Source: Waterburya sp.
GTDB lineage: Bacteria > Cyanobacteriota > Cyanobacteriia > Cyanobacteriales > Xenococcaceae
Length of the DNA: 64,000 nucleotides
Direction of reading: 5' to 3'
Assembly: GCA_965217895.1 (NCBI GenBank)
Contig: CBDCJV010000002.1
Location: 32,001-96,000, forward strand
Below the pieces are notes generated by a model that was not told where the DNA came from, made no database searches, and was given only the letters and a program-made list of their open reading frames with translations. Of the stretch, positions 63,390-64,000 are shown in pieces (positions within the stretch are counted from its first letter, which is position 1; each line of letters begins with the position of its first letter). The translations under genes and the position numbers were made by a program.

Positions 63390-63405
63390 GATTAATTTTG
63401 CCTTG

Positions 63406-63524
63406 TAAGCTGGTGTGCATTTAAACTGCATCTTTTTGAATTAGAAAACAAACCGTTAAACCCTCTCCCAGTCTCCTCGTCTCCTCGTCAATTTCAACAA
63501 GCAAATTAAACGCTCAACAGCTTA
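63406..63524. mobile_element. MITE-like element
   Basis: TAAGCTGGTGTGCATTTAA ... TTAAACGCTCAACAGCTTA imperfect TIRs; internal GTCTCCTC tandem repeat. Confidence 0.6.
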
Positions 63525-63696
63525 TCTAGGCGTTTTGCCCTGCATTAACTATGTTATTGTCTGAAGCCAGTTTGGGCATTACCCAGTTAGTAACGCTTTA
63601 TAGAGTAAACTCAATAAAGTCGTCTTCAGGACAGACTAAAAATTATCTTATAGACTAAGCTCTACAAAACGTTACTTCAGGACAAACTAAAAAATA

Positions 63697-64000
63697 ATGC
63701 AATCTATCGCCTGTTTTATATTTGCTTTCATTTTTGGTAGTTTTCTTGAATACTGGGTTCACCGTTTAATGCACATCTGGCCTATATTTGGCAACAGAAT
63801 TACCGCTCACTATGGTCATCATCGCAGCAATACAACCAAAGGATTTTTGGGAGATTTTCTAGATTTTAGTCTGGTAGCCTTATTGGTATTACCAGCTTTT
63901 TTTATTTCTTTTTCGTTCGGAACTATTATGGTTTTAGGGACGATCGCTTTTGCAGCATTTGCTTCTTATGCTCATCAGATACAGCACTATAACCCTACTC
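63697..64000 (+). CDS. Sterol desaturase/fatty-acid hydroxylase family protein, 3'-partial
   Basis: Not in the ORF track. Open to the window end: MQSIACF...EYWVHRLMH...HYGHH...YAHQIQH histidine boxes. Confidence 0.82.
   Translation, partial: MQSIACFIFAFIFGSFLEYWVHRLMHIWPIFGNRITAHYGHHRSNTTKGFLGDFLDFSLVALLVLPAFFISFSFGTIMVLGTIAFAAFASYAHQIQHYNPT

Overview
AT-rich cyanobacterial chromosomal window. It carries psaAB and psaC and frequent HIP1 GCGATCGC octamers; the style suggests a Pleurocapsales-like unicellular cyanobacterium (inference). Housekeeping genes (CYP, ctpB, folD, bcp, psaC, map, prmA, serA, psaAB, rsmG, two tRNA-Ser) are interleaved with accessory DNA. (1) A complete group II intron (3432-5610) sits in a hairpin/dispersed repeat upstream of folD. 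(2) A stand-alone formyltransferase-A(Cys)-T-TE NRPS lies between bcp and psaC. (3) A ~3.85-kb element (Rep_trans initiator plus tyrosine integrase) is integrated in tRNA-Ser(TGA); its integrase frame runs through the att core and would gain an in-frame ATG on excision. (4) A collapsed type I-C CRISPR-Cas locus (nonsense-truncated cas3, an orphan ORF, a 2-repeat mini-array) lies directly upstream of yefM-yoeB. (5) A glycosyltransferase cluster contains an S. elongatus/proteobacterial-type sqdB. (6) J-domain/TPR, Uma2, STAND and signalling genes follow. (7) There are many MITEs, IS relics (IS982, ISAs1) and modular GC-rich dispersed repeats. All calls come from reading the sequence; no searches were run.
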